From NCBI GenBank assembly GCA_041571435.1, contig JBFFUI010000010.1, positions 1 to 56,396 of the forward strand: a stretch of 56,396 nucleotides of DNA. Reading direction: 5' to 3'. Source of the DNA: Sulfurimonadaceae bacterium. Lineage in GTDB: Bacteria > Campylobacterota > Campylobacteria > Campylobacterales > Sulfurimonadaceae. Made by a program: the position numbers and the translations under genes. Positions 22,001 to 31,377 of this stretch are shown piece after piece. Positions within the stretch are counted from its first letter, which is position 1. Every line of letters starts with the position of its first letter. A model generated the notes under the pieces. That model was given only the letters and a program-made list of their open reading frames with translations, ran no database searches and had not been told where the DNA came from.

Positions 22001-22710
22001 TTGGCAGCCTCTTTGGCGATGATGAGGATATCTCAACGGTTGAACTGACCTTGAAAGACGAGTCGGAGTTCGGACTTAAAGAGATCCTGGACTTTGAGAA
22101 AGAGACGCTGGGCTTCTATGTCTCTGGTCACCCGCTGGATGAGTTCAGAGAGCGTATCGATGCGCTCGAATACACCCTTTCGTCCGACATAGAGAATATT
22201 ACGGACGGCTCGACGGCTATCTTTATCGGTAAAGTCGAAGAGATCCAGAAGAAGATCTCTAAAAAGGGAAATCAGTTCGGTATTTTGAACCTTATGGACT
22301 TTCACGGCAATATTGAGATGATGCTCTTCAGCGACAAGCTTGATCAGTTGGAGCAGATGAACCTCGATGAACCTGTCGCCTTTAAGGTGAAAGTAACCCA
22401 TACGGAGATGTTTACCCGCATCAGTGTGGTCAAGATCTTTACATTGAACGAGGTCAAAAAAGAGGCGAAAAAGGTTGTGACTAAGATCGTTGAAAAGCCG
22501 CCTGAGATGCTGAAACTCCGTCTGCGTATGGACAAGAGTACCGAGCTTCTCGAAGAGCTTTACCGTCTGGTCAGACGTTATCCGGGCAACCGGCCGCTGC
22601 AGCTCAACATCGTCTCTAAACTTCAAAACGTCGTCATCGATTCGGCGATCCGTGTTGACAGCAAAGTGCTCGATGAACTGGCGCACTTTGACACGATCGA
22701 TGTGGCGTAG
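19099..22710 (+). CDS. dnaE: DNA polymerase III alpha subunit
   Basis: HLHLHTEYSLLDG (PHP), GPGRGSAAGS, PDIDMDF, KFDFLGLKTL and GYGFNKSHSAAY. 1203 aa; no intein seen. Confidence 0.99.
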   Translation: MSVQPFTHLHLHTEYSLLDGANKISNLVERVKELGMTSVAMTDHGNMFGAIDFWHQMTNAGIKPIIGMEGYIHNGEEIDDKTTKQRFHICLYAKNQKGYENLMYLSSKAYIDGFYYFPRINKQELREHSEGLICSSACLQGEVNWHLNMQNQRNVRNGAEGYEGAKRVALEYKEIFGDDFYLELMRHGIGDQLFIDEQVLQLSRETGIKIVATNDTHYTYPDDAQYHEAFMCIGMNKLYDDPNRMRHSVHEFYLKSPEQMARLFADIPEALEHTQEIVEKCQLQLKLGDPIPPNFKFTREYAAREGLDINYEDDAPLTEDADADAKKKWLSAADKNDAEYFIHRCKVGLEHRLKHVPPERHEEYKERLEFEMDVINSMKFPGYMLIVWDFVKEAKVMGVAVGPGRGSAAGSLVAYALDITDIDPMKYDLLFERFLNPERVSMPDIDMDFMQARRGEVIDYVVEKYGRNQVAQIITFGSLLAKGVIRDVSRVLDVPLSQADKMAKLIPDELGITLNGKGKEGSENFKEGAFQKEPKLRELIETDPQAARVWEFSKKLEGLKRNAGMHAAGVVISNRELWYKTPIYKPSGETTFVTQYSLNYLEDVDLIKFDFLGLKTLDVIDAAVKLVKKRYNKDIDWHTIDENDPGVYKVIQSGDTIGMFQIESSGMQDLNKRLKPSTFEDLIAVLALYRPGPMESGMLDDFIERKHGRQEIVYVFDALEEILKPTYGVIVYQEQVMQIVQTIGGFSLGGADIVRRAMGKKKVDVMLQYNKEFSEGAQKQGLDYKTASELFDLIEKFAGYGFNKSHSAAYAMVTFQTAWLKTYYPQEFMAALLTSEKDNTEKIVKYIDEVKRMGIELSPPDINMSQLEFSATEKDGQDIILFGLGAIKGVGESAVESILEVRKNGQFSSMQDFVNRIEPQKVNKRVLESITKSGGFDAFGLSRRAILGQMELIIQTAKDASQARKNAIGSLFGDDEDISTVELTLKDESEFGLKEILDFEKETLGFYVSGHPLDEFRERIDALEYTLSSDIENITDGSTAIFIGKVEEIQKKISKKGNQFGILNLMDFHGNIEMMLFSDKLDQLEQMNLDEPVAFKVKVTHTEMFTRISVVKIFTLNEVKKEAKKVVTKIVEKPPEMLKLRLRMDKSTELLEELYRLVRRYPGNRPLQLNIVSKLQNVVIDSAIRVDSKVLDELAHFDTIDVA

Positions 22711-22880
22711 CCACTCCCGATCGCCGCTTTCCCTAACAAATCCATATAACAATAAACAATAATATTCCTTTAACAAATTATCTCCTATGATAGTTGTACA
22801 AGCACCGCGTTGATGATGTCTACAGGGCACCATTTCGTTATAAAGAGCGCAGGTTGACTGCCTTGGTAGAGGAGATTGTA

Positions 22881-23396
22881 ATGGCATCAAGAGGAATATC
22901 TATACTCAAGGGCATTGAAGCCCAGCAGGTGACGGAACTGTTGAACAAAGCGTATGCTGACGAATGGCTTGCTTATTACCAATATTTCATCGAAAGCAAA
23001 GTGGTCAAAGGGTTGATGAAAGATGCGGCCATTACCGAACTTGTCCAGCATGCCGCGGACGAACTTCGTCATGCTACGCTGGTGGCCGATCGTATCATTC
23101 AGCTGGGGGGAACACCGATATTGCATCCAAAAGATTGGATGACACAGAGCAACTGCGGATATGAAGCACCGGAAGATCCGGACGTGTTGCGTATCCTGGA
23201 ACAATCCATTCAAGGTGAGCAGTGCGCTATCAGCGTCTATTCGCAGCTGGCCGACATCACACGCGACAAAGATATCGTCACCTATGACATGGTTTCGCAG
23301 ATTTTGGCTGATGAGGTCGAACATGAAGAGGACCTGCAGGCACTTTATGACGATATCCATGAGTTTATTGCCCATATCAAGAAAAACCTTGCATAG
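22881..23396 (+). CDS. DPS-like (DPSL/thioferritin-type) ferritin-family protein
   Basis: AYADEWLAYYQY, DELRHA..VADRIIQLGG, EQCAI and DEVEHEEDL ferroxidase ligands plus two Cys. Start ATG 22881 after SD AGAGGAG. Confidence 0.85.
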   Translation: MASRGISILKGIEAQQVTELLNKAYADEWLAYYQYFIESKVVKGLMKDAAITELVQHAADELRHATLVADRIIQLGGTPILHPKDWMTQSNCGYEAPEDPDVLRILEQSIQGEQCAISVYSQLADITRDKDIVTYDMVSQILADEVEHEEDLQALYDDIHEFIAHIKKNLA

Positions 23397-23416
23397 CAGG
23401 GCGTAGAGAGGTCACT

Positions 23417-24262
23417 ATGGAAACAGTGACGCTTGAAACATTTCTATATGCTTTTGCACTGACTCTTTTGGCAGGGCTGTCAACTGGGGTCGGTGCGGCA
23501 CTCGCCTTTTTTTCACGCAGTGACAATACTACCGTCCTTTCTATCGGTCTGGGATTTTCTGCAGGCGTCATGATCTACATCTCGTTTGTCGAGATCCTCG
23601 TACAGTCGAAGATAGCTTTTATTGGCTCATTTGATGAGGTTTCAGCTGAAACACTGACGGTAATCCTTTTTTTTCTCGGGTTCGCGCTTACCTTTCTGAT
23701 TGACCGTCTTATCCCTGATGATGTCAACCCGCATGAGCTGAAAGGGGAGAAGGCACTGGCGGAACTAAAAGAGAGTGGGAAAGCTGTTAAACATGACAAC
23801 ATTTCATTGAAACGTACCGGTGTTTTTACAGCTATCGCTATCGGCATTCATAACTTTCCCGAAGGCTTTGCCACCTTTGTCTCTGCCCTCGATCATCTTG
23901 CTATCGGTATCTCGATCGCACTGGCCATCGCCATCCACAACATTCCTGAAGGGATGGCGGTCTCGCTACCCATTTACCATGCGACTGGCAACAAGAAGCA
24001 CGCCTTTTATTATGCCGTTATGTCCGGACTTTCCGAACCTTTAGGTGCTTTACTCGGGTTTTTTCTACTGATGCCGTTGATGGGGGATCTAACGCTTGGT
24101 ATTACGTTTGCACTGGTTGCAGGTATCATGGTCTATATCAGTTTTGACGAACTGTTACCGGCTGCTCGCGTGTATGGCAATGCGCATACGACGATATTCG
24201 GCCTTGCAATGGGGATGGGGGTCATGGCCTTCAGCCTTATTCTGTTCAAAATCATATTGTAA
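23417..24262 (+). CDS. zupT: ZIP family divalent metal transporter
   Basis: GFSAGVMIYISFVEI, IGIHNFPEG, IAIHNIPEG and GIMVYISFDELLP. Confidence 0.95.
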   Translation: METVTLETFLYAFALTLLAGLSTGVGAALAFFSRSDNTTVLSIGLGFSAGVMIYISFVEILVQSKIAFIGSFDEVSAETLTVILFFLGFALTFLIDRLIPDDVNPHELKGEKALAELKESGKAVKHDNISLKRTGVFTAIAIGIHNFPEGFATFVSALDHLAIGISIALAIAIHNIPEGMAVSLPIYHATGNKKHAFYYAVMSGLSEPLGALLGFFLLMPLMGDLTLGITFALVAGIMVYISFDELLPAARVYGNAHTTIFGLAMGMGVMAFSLILFKIIL

Positions 24263-24308
24263 ACCTTTGTGCTGTGTTATAATCCGCTTTATAGAAAGAG
24301 GATGATTT

Positions 24309-25568
24309 ATGATGACTATTGACGATTTTAACAGCGGACTGCTCGGTTTCCTGGATGCTTCACCGACCCCTTTTCACGCAACACGTAACATGGCGATGAT
24401 GTGTGCAAATGCTGGTTTTATTGAGCTGGACGAGACGGAGAAATGGGCACTGGAAAAAGGTAAAAGCTATTTTGTGACGCGTAATGACTCCTCTATTATT
24501 GCCTTCACCTATCCGGGTGAAACGGACTATGTAATGATGGGAGCGCATACCGATTCGCCTAACCTTAAGCTCAAACCCTCACCGGTGATCAAAAAAAATG
24601 GATTAGTGCAGCTTGGGGTTGAACCGTATGGCGGCCTGTTGCTGAACCCGTGGTTTGACCGTGACCTGAGTATTGCCGGACGCGTAGCCTATAAAGACAG
24701 TAGAGGCAACATCAAAGAGGCGTTGGTTGACCTTAAAAAAGCGATCGCAGTCATTCCGTCTCTGGCCATTCACCTTGATCGAGAGGCCAACAAAGGACGC
24801 GAGATCAATGCCCAGACGGATATCGTCCCCATCATTACCAGCGGTGAGTTTGATTTCGAGGTCTGGTTGAAAACGGCTTTGCAGAACGAAGGACACGATG
24901 ACTTTGAAAGCCTGCTATCACATGAACTCAGTCTCTACGATACCCAAAAAGCAGCCTTTGTGGGACTGGAGGATGACTTTATCACTTCGGCACGTCTGGA
25001 CAATCTGCTCAGCTGCTATGTCGCACTCATTACCATCTGTTCGGTCCACCCGTCACATCCGTATCTGATGGTCTGCAGTGATCATGAAGAGGTAGGCAGT
25101 GAAAGTACATCGGGGGCAGCAGGGAGCTTTCTGGAGAGTGTCCTGCGCCGAATGACGCCTGACTTTGAAAGCTACACGCAGCTCACACGCAAATCGATCA
25201 TGATCTCTTGCGATAACGCGCATGCGGTCCATCCGAACTTTTCAGCCAAACATGATGACAATCATGATCCCCGCATCAATGAGGGTATCGTCATCAAAGT
25301 CAATGCCAATCAGCGCTATGCTTCCAACACAGGCACCATCTCCCGATTCGCTTTGACGGCAGAACAGCAGAATATCACATTGCAGGAGTTCGTTACGCGC
25401 TCAGACATGGGCTGCGGATCGACTATCGGTCCGATCACGGCGACACGCCTGGGCATCGAGACCATCGATGTCGGTCTGCCGACCTTCGCAATGCACTCTA
25501 TCAGGGAGCTGGCTGGTAAGGCCGATGCCCATCAGCTCTACAAGATACTGATGGCGCTCTCAAAGTAG
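24309..25568 (+). CDS. M18 family aminopeptidase (ApeB/aspartyl aminopeptidase-like)
   Basis: SPTPFHA, GAHTDSP, ARLDNL, DHEEVGS, DNAHAVHPN, CGSTIGP and MHSIRE. TGnTATAAT at 24275-24283. Confidence 0.95.
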   Translation: MMTIDDFNSGLLGFLDASPTPFHATRNMAMMCANAGFIELDETEKWALEKGKSYFVTRNDSSIIAFTYPGETDYVMMGAHTDSPNLKLKPSPVIKKNGLVQLGVEPYGGLLLNPWFDRDLSIAGRVAYKDSRGNIKEALVDLKKAIAVIPSLAIHLDREANKGREINAQTDIVPIITSGEFDFEVWLKTALQNEGHDDFESLLSHELSLYDTQKAAFVGLEDDFITSARLDNLLSCYVALITICSVHPSHPYLMVCSDHEEVGSESTSGAAGSFLESVLRRMTPDFESYTQLTRKSIMISCDNAHAVHPNFSAKHDDNHDPRINEGIVIKVNANQRYASNTGTISRFALTAEQQNITLQEFVTRSDMGCGSTIGPITATRLGIETIDVGLPTFAMHSIRELAGKADAHQLYKILMALSK

Positions 25569-25590
25569 AACGTCCTGTAATGACAGCTTT

Positions 25591-26217
25591 TCAGATATTT
25601 TCCGGTTTCATGAAGTTTACGGTAAAAGCAGCCCAATTTCCAAAATAGGATATCTCTTCAAACCCCACCTTGCGGCACAAGGCACGGATCCTTTTTAAGC
25701 GAGTATAGTGCGGATCCGGAATAACCTCCGTGATCGACAATATTCCGCCATTCTTGAGTGCTTGGTATATTTCCAAAAGCGCCTCGTATTTGTTGGGAAT
25801 CTCGCCTAAAACCGTTACCAGCAGGGCACGATCAAAATACCCTTGTTCGATCGCACCGCTGCCCGCATCTGCATTGACAATACGTATATTGTTTATGGGC
25901 ACAGCTTCTATACGTATGCGTAGTTTTTCCAACATCTGTGGCTGGATATCCAGCGCGACCACTTCACCTTTGGCACCGACTTTTGCTGCCGCCGGCAAAG
26001 TCAGACGTCCCGGACCGGAACCGATGTCAAGTACTTTCATATCCTTTTCAAGCTGCAATCTCTGCAGTATTTTGTCTGGACCGGCAACAAGGTTCATATA
26101 GGGATTTTCCACCAACCAAGAGAGATTTGCAGGGCAGGCAAGTGATCGGTACCGCCACCAATACCCCGTGCCTAAAAGTGCCAACATAAAAACCAGTATA
26201 CTGATCGTAATTATCAT
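25591..26217 (-). CDS. Class I SAM-dependent methyltransferase with N-terminal membrane anchor
   Basis: VLDIGSGPG motif I, VVALDIQ, and an N-terminal hydrophobic helix. Confidence 0.88.
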   Translation of the reverse strand: MIITISILVFMLALLGTGYWWRYRSLACPANLSWLVENPYMNLVAGPDKILQRLQLEKDMKVLDIGSGPGRLTLPAAAKVGAKGEVVALDIQPQMLEKLRIRIEAVPINNIRIVNADAGSGAIEQGYFDRALLVTVLGEIPNKYEALLEIYQALKNGGILSITEVIPDPHYTRLKRIRALCRKVGFEEISYFGNWAAFTVNFMKPENI

Positions 26218-26339
26218 AGTTCAAGTGTATCAGACTCCTCATAAAGGCCGGGTTGCTTTATGGCTGAAAGCCGAACCGTAGCAACACTGTTATGCATATT
26301 TTATGGTAAGATAACAACATATCATTAGAAGGATTTATC

Positions 26340-26633
26340 ATGAAAACTCTATCGACTGTTCTGATCACTTTACTGTTGAGTACAGCAGCGTATGCCGCTA
26401 ATCTTTCGTCAAAAAGTACGGATGAACTGCTTAACATGCGCGGTACGATGACGACCGAGCAGGAGCGTACTCAGCTTCATAACGAACTGAAATTGCGTGA
26501 AAAGACGATGACGCAGGAGCAGATCCAAAAGTTTCATACCTATCCACCTGAAAACCGTGTACCAAAGTATAAAAATAAATGTGGAGGCCAAGGAGGAATG
26601 GGTCAAGGTATGGGCGGTGGTAAAAACCGTTAA
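26340..26633 (+). CDS. Secreted DUF1104-like protein with Gly/Met-rich tail
   Basis: Signal peptide (AYA-A), LSSKSTDELLNMRG...ELKLREKTMT and a GQGGMGQGMGGG tail. SD AAGGA. Confidence 0.75.
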   Translation: MKTLSTVLITLLLSTAAYAANLSSKSTDELLNMRGTMTTEQERTQLHNELKLREKTMTQEQIQKFHTYPPENRVPKYKNKCGGQGGMGQGMGGGKNR

Positions 26634-26687
26634 TCTCAGACCTGAGTACGCATGAGTATCAGCTTTCGTTCCCGAGGAAGGGAGTAT

Positions 26688-26720
26688 AGGTTATGCTGTA
26701 ACGCATAATCTGCATTTTAT
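26688..26720 (+). terminator. Probable terminator
   Basis: AGGTTATGC-TGTAAC-GCATAATCT followed by a T-rich run. Confidence 0.5.
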
Positions 26721-26993
26721 TTCAATACACTGACAGTTCTATCTTCAATTTCTACATTTTTATAAATGACCTTTATCTTATTTCCATCTACACCGTTGCT
26801 CTTATTGGCGAGAAAACCGCGACAACACGTTTATTGTATCCCTAGTGACACTCTTTATGATTATGCCTACAGCTGTAAAAATGTGACCTGTATCCAATTC
26901 GATGCAGCTTTGTGACAACGTTACAGTTGGGATAGGATGTGATGGAAAAGAAAAGATAGCTTTCGCAATATGGTTTAGAGCGTGAGAGTTTGT

Positions 26994-27019
26994 TGTTCAA
27001 GCCGCGAACGGCTTGAACA
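26994..27019 (-). terminator. Strong hairpin at the 3' end of the cytochrome gene
   Basis: Perfect 11-bp stem TGTTCAAGCCG/CGGCTTGAACA with a UUCG loop on the minus strand. No clear U-tail. Confidence 0.6.
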
Positions 27020-27034
27020 GAAGAGGGGAAGGAA

Positions 27035-29413
27035 TTACTTCCATCCCTTCTTAACGATGTTCATAGAGTTCTTGTAAGGGTATTTCTTCACAAGATCTTT
27101 AACAGAAAGTTTTTGGTCACCTGAACGCATGAAGTGTGCAAGCGTGACAGAAGCCCAGTAGTCATTTTCATACTCTGTGCCAACAAGTTGTGTCGGAACA
27201 CCTTTTTCGTTAACAGTGTGACATGCAACACACGTAACAGGACCAGCATACTTTCCGTCTGGTGAGTACTGTAGTGCTTGTTCATGTGTTGTTTGATCAA
27301 CTGAACGTTCACCGTCAAAGCGTGTACTGTAAAGCCCGTGAGATGATTCGTGACATGTTTGACATGCTAGATCACCGTGTGCCTTTGAGTAACGATAGAG
27401 TGACAGTTTGTTTGGCTGATCGATCGGGAAGTATTGACCACCTTCACTTTCAACAAACGGTGCAATGTGACAATCGGCACAGTGTGGCTCAGACGCACTC
27501 AACCACCAGTCATCGCCACCAGAAGCTGCTGCATATGGTACTGCGCCGCCTTTAGGGTGATTCCATGGTTTAAGGTCAAGACCCTCTTTAGCTACGTTTT
27601 TGACCAATGTCGCAGATTTGTGCTCTGTATAGTACTTAAGTACTTCATTGTCACCTGTTGTTTTCTGATCGGCAAGTGCGTTGAATTTCTTAGCATCACC
27701 GTCGGCAACAGCTTTAATGATCTCTTTAAGTGACTTGCCACGGATTGATTTACCCTCAAGTGTCTGTGTCGCTTTCAGATCATCAAGTTCGTGCATTTTC
27801 TGCGCCACTTTCGTGTGACAGTTTGTACAGTACAGACCGCGCATCTCTTTGATAGTTTTACCTTTTTCATCTTTCATAGAGACTTCGTTAAGCTGGTACT
27901 TACCATACTCATTCAAGAAGAAAGGCGGTTTAGCGTCAGGGTTAGAGTGCGCATCACGACGAACGTAACAACCACCACCACTTAGACGGATATCACCTTT
28001 AGAGAAACGACCTTCACCATAACGGTTTGTTACACGGAACGGATTTGTGTCGTCATTCATCTTAGGATCCTGGAAGTGTGTCGGGTGACATGATTGACAT
28101 GCTTGTGAACGACCAGCACCATCAGGCATAGGGACTACTGCTAAGTGGAAACCGTGAACTGCTTCTGAAAGTGGCTTCGCTTTAACAGTCTTGTATCCTG
28201 TAGCTCCCGGACGAGGCTCTTGCAAGTTACCAGAGACATTGTCACCATGACAGTCAGCACAGTTGATCTCACCTGTTTTACCAAGACGAGAAGAAGAAGC
28301 TTTATCATCATAGTCAGACAGGAACGTTGTACCGTGGTGCGCATCGTGAAGCGAAAGAATGTTGATCGATGCTTCACTCAGGCGAGCCATGTACTCACTC
28401 TCATCCGGATATGTTTTCCAGTATGCATACTCTTTATCAGAATACGTCAAACCTTGTGCACGAGCGCTTTCAGCAGCCTTACCTTGGCGTGAGTGACAAG
28501 CGTAACAGTTTGGAATATCAACAGGGTTGGTACCAAAATACTCTATCGTCTTACCGTCTTTATCGGTCATAGGCTTTCCGTTAATGTCGTGAAGCTGCAC
28601 CGTAGATTTTTGGAACGGCTGGAAATCACTCTCTGTAACAGAACGGATACTACCTTTACGAGTCGAATCGTTAAATGCTGTCAGAGGAAGACCAAGTGCA
28701 TCCCAAAGGTGAGAGGCTGTCAAGACAAGCGGAATATCTGTAACTGCCGGTACGAGTGTATCCGTAAAGACAACATTGCTACCGTCTTTACCTGAATACT
28801 CAAGGTAGCCGCCGGCGATATGTTTACCTGTAGGACCTGAATCGATAGGCACTTTAATGTCTTTACCTACATAGAGACGATTTTTTGCTGTTGCACCTTC
28901 TGGTTTTGTACCCTCAAGGTCTTTATAGATGAAAAGGTGTTTCCATACGTAGTTGGCAACATTGTCACCCGGATCGTCCATTCGCCCGTTTCCGTCAACG
29001 TCTTTTAAAACGCCCCAGTAACGCATCTTGTTACCTTCACTGTATGAGTTGTCTTTTGTATAGTAATACATTTTGACATTGTCATCCGGTGTCATTAGGC
29101 TCGGCAAAGTACCGGCTGTTCCTGATTTGACGGCCTGAGATTGAATCGAGTTATATGGAGGAATTACACAACAGTAACTCATCTCAAAACCGACACAGTG
29201 CATTCCCAGTTCATAGTTGATAAAAAGGTTAACATCATTAACAGGGTTATATGATTTAATCTTTTTACCATTAACCTTGACAGTATCACTTTTGAGTTTG
29301 GAAAGTTCGAATGGCGGGTTCTTATCGTACGTAGAAGCCGTCGCCAAAGACGCTGTTGATAGAGCTAGGGTACCGGCTAATAAAGCGGTTTTTCCCCATA
29401 GGTTTTGTTTCAC
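27035..29413 (-). CDS. Large periplasmic multiheme c-type cytochrome (7 CxxCH)
   Basis: GTG start after SD AAGGAG and a signal peptide. Heme motifs CYACH, CADCH, CQSCH, CTNCH, CADCH, CQTCH, CVACH. Confidence 0.92.
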   Translation of the reverse strand: MKQNLWGKTALLAGTLALSTASLATASTYDKNPPFELSKLKSDTVKVNGKKIKSYNPVNDVNLFINYELGMHCVGFEMSYCCVIPPYNSIQSQAVKSGTAGTLPSLMTPDDNVKMYYYTKDNSYSEGNKMRYWGVLKDVDGNGRMDDPGDNVANYVWKHLFIYKDLEGTKPEGATAKNRLYVGKDIKVPIDSGPTGKHIAGGYLEYSGKDGSNVVFTDTLVPAVTDIPLVLTASHLWDALGLPLTAFNDSTRKGSIRSVTESDFQPFQKSTVQLHDINGKPMTDKDGKTIEYFGTNPVDIPNCYACHSRQGKAAESARAQGLTYSDKEYAYWKTYPDESEYMARLSEASINILSLHDAHHGTTFLSDYDDKASSSRLGKTGEINCADCHGDNVSGNLQEPRPGATGYKTVKAKPLSEAVHGFHLAVVPMPDGAGRSQACQSCHPTHFQDPKMNDDTNPFRVTNRYGEGRFSKGDIRLSGGGCYVRRDAHSNPDAKPPFFLNEYGKYQLNEVSMKDEKGKTIKEMRGLYCTNCHTKVAQKMHELDDLKATQTLEGKSIRGKSLKEIIKAVADGDAKKFNALADQKTTGDNEVLKYYTEHKSATLVKNVAKEGLDLKPWNHPKGGAVPYAAASGGDDWWLSASEPHCADCHIAPFVESEGGQYFPIDQPNKLSLYRYSKAHGDLACQTCHESSHGLYSTRFDGERSVDQTTHEQALQYSPDGKYAGPVTCVACHTVNEKGVPTQLVGTEYENDYWASVTLAHFMRSGDQKLSVKDLVKKYPYKNSMNIVKKGWK

Positions 29414-29647
29414 TTAGCACTCCTTTTATAAAAAATCTTTATATGATTACATTTTAAGTTTAAATTTAGCTTTATGTCAAAAAAATCTAAAAAGTATGTG
29501 ATAAAAAAGTGATAAAATCAGTAAATATTATAGTTTACTATTTGTCTGGCTTATGTGAAATGAGAATGAAAATTGCATTATTGGGTATAGAAAGAGGTTT
29601 ACATATCAGAAACGAGATAGTTCAGCTGTTATGAATAGGGGCTGACA

Positions 29648-30328
29648 CTAAAGGTCGCCCGGAAACATGATTGAACCCAGGCGGATCATATTGGATCCGC
29701 ACTCGATAGCGAGCTCAAAATCTCCGCTCATCCCCATCGAGCAGATAGAGACATCATCAAGCTGCTGATAGATCTTATAGGTCGTCTCAAAGCTCTCTTT
29801 GATTAGCGATCGGTCATCGGTATGGGCACCGATGCTCATGACCCCCTTGAGATGGATGTTGGGGCAGTTCTTGCGGATCTGCATAAAGGTCTCGACTGCT
29901 TTTTCAGGTGCCACGCCGGATTTTGTCTCTTCTCTGGCAGAGTTGATCTGCAGCAGACAATCCATTGTCGTGTCACGGTCTTCCAAACGGCGTTGCAGTG
30001 CGTTGGCAAGCTCTATGGAATCGAGTGACTGAAAGAGGAAGGGGTCGGCTTTGATCAGTGCATTGAGCTTATTGCGCTGAAGGTTTCCGATGTAGTGCCA
30101 CTCCAGTGGGAGCTCTTCGAGTGCGGCCTGTTTTGCGACAAGGTCCTGTACACGGTTTTCGCCGAATGCGCGCTGACCGATGTTGTAAAGACGTGCGATG
30201 TCTTCAGCCTCATTGTATTTGCTTACGGCAACAATCTTGACAATATGGTGTTCGCTGACTTTGATACGGGCAGCTTCAATACGCTCGATGATGGTGTCGA
30301 TGTGACGTTTGTATTCTAGTTCGTTCAT
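29648..30328 (-). CDS. yggS: YggS family PLP homeostasis protein
   Basis: IVAVSK, FGENRVQ, WHYIGNLQRNK, SMGMSGDF and IRLGS. Confidence 0.96.
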   Translation of the reverse strand: MNELEYKRHIDTIIERIEAARIKVSEHHIVKIVAVSKYNEAEDIARLYNIGQRAFGENRVQDLVAKQAALEELPLEWHYIGNLQRNKLNALIKADPFLFQSLDSIELANALQRRLEDRDTTMDCLLQINSAREETKSGVAPEKAVETFMQIRKNCPNIHLKGVMSIGAHTDDRSLIKESFETTYKIYQQLDDVSICSMGMSGDFELAIECGSNMIRLGSIMFPGDL

Positions 30329-31377
30329 TGCATTAACCTGTTAATATCATTATAGAGTCCCAGTGTCATGAGACCAAGCAGAAGACCCCAGCCGATGATC
30401 GTCAGTTTGACGAGTATGGCTTCGCTCGGGACACGGCGTGTGATCATCTCATAGAGATTGAACATGATGTGCCCGCCGTCGAGTGCCGGGATCGGCAGAA
30501 GATTCAGAACTCCAAGGTTCACCGAGATAAGCGCGGCAAAAAAGAAGACTGCCATCCAGCCGTTTGCACTGGCATCGGCTGTGATTTTGACAATACTGAT
30601 CGCACCACCGAGTTCCTTGGCCGGAACATCGCCGGTGATCAGCTTTTGGATACTTTTAAAGATCAGTGTCGAAGCCTTGTAGGTTTCATTTGCAGCATAC
30701 GCTATGCTTTCCATGAAGTCCAGATCAAGGACGACAGTAGCACCGGCAGAACCGATACCTACCATGCGGCGCTGCACATTCTCTTTGAAGATATTCTCGA
30801 CTTCTTTGATTTCGGGTGTGATCTGAAGGTTTTCCAGGTAATTGCCGCGTTCGACGCTCAGACTAAGTGTGCCACTGCTCTCTTTGATGATGGTTGACAT
30901 CTCTTCCCAGGTCGTGATCTCGATGCCGTTGATCGAACGGATGGTGTCATTTGTCTCAAGACCGCTGACAAAAGCAGGGGAGTCTTTGACCACGTTTCCT
31001 ACGACCGGTGCAAGTACCTGTGGTGAGCCTAGACCGATAAACAGGTAGAGAAAAAAGGCCAGAACAAAGTTGGCGGCAGGGCCGGCGAGCAGAATGATAA
31101 TACGCTGCCACGGCGGCTTGGCATTGTAGGCATCTTTGTCGCTGCTGATCGCGGTAGGGTCAAGGTCCTCTTGTCCCTTCATCTTGACGTAACCGCCCAG
31201 AGGGATAGCTGCGATACGCCACTCGGTGTTCAAAAACCTGAAGGCAAAAAGTTTTTTACCGAAACCGATACTGAAGACTTCGACGTAGACACCGAAAAAA
31301 CGTGCGGCGCTATAGTGGCCGAGTTCATGAAAAAAGATAAGTGCCGATAGAACGGCTAAGGAGATCAACCAACCCAT
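30325..31377 (-). CDS. rseP: Site-2 (RIP) metalloprotease
   Basis: FFHELGH, IPLGGYVKM, PDZ domain and NLLPIPALDGGH. Confidence 0.96.
   Translation of the reverse strand: MGWLISLAVLSALIFFHELGHYSAARFFGVYVEVFSIGFGKKLFAFRFLNTEWRIAAIPLGGYVKMKGQEDLDPTAISSDKDAYNAKPPWQRIIILLAGPAANFVLAFFLYLFIGLGSPQVLAPVVGNVVKDSPAFVSGLETNDTIRSINGIEITTWEEMSTIIKESSGTLSLSVERGNYLENLQITPEIKEVENIFKENVQRRMVGIGSAGATVVLDLDFMESIAYAANETYKASTLIFKSIQKLITGDVPAKELGGAISIVKITADASANGWMAVFFFAALISVNLGVLNLLPIPALDGGHIMFNLYEMITRRVPSEAILVKLTIIGWGLLLGLMTLGLYNDINRLMQ

Noticed and set aside
19099-22710. Intein in dnaE
   Set aside because: Normal length, with no C...HN splice motifs or LAGLIDADG blocks seen.
22745-22790. Fur/PerR box upstream of the DPSL gene
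   Set aside because: AT-rich with a partial AATAAT match, but no convincing 7-1-7 inverted repeat.
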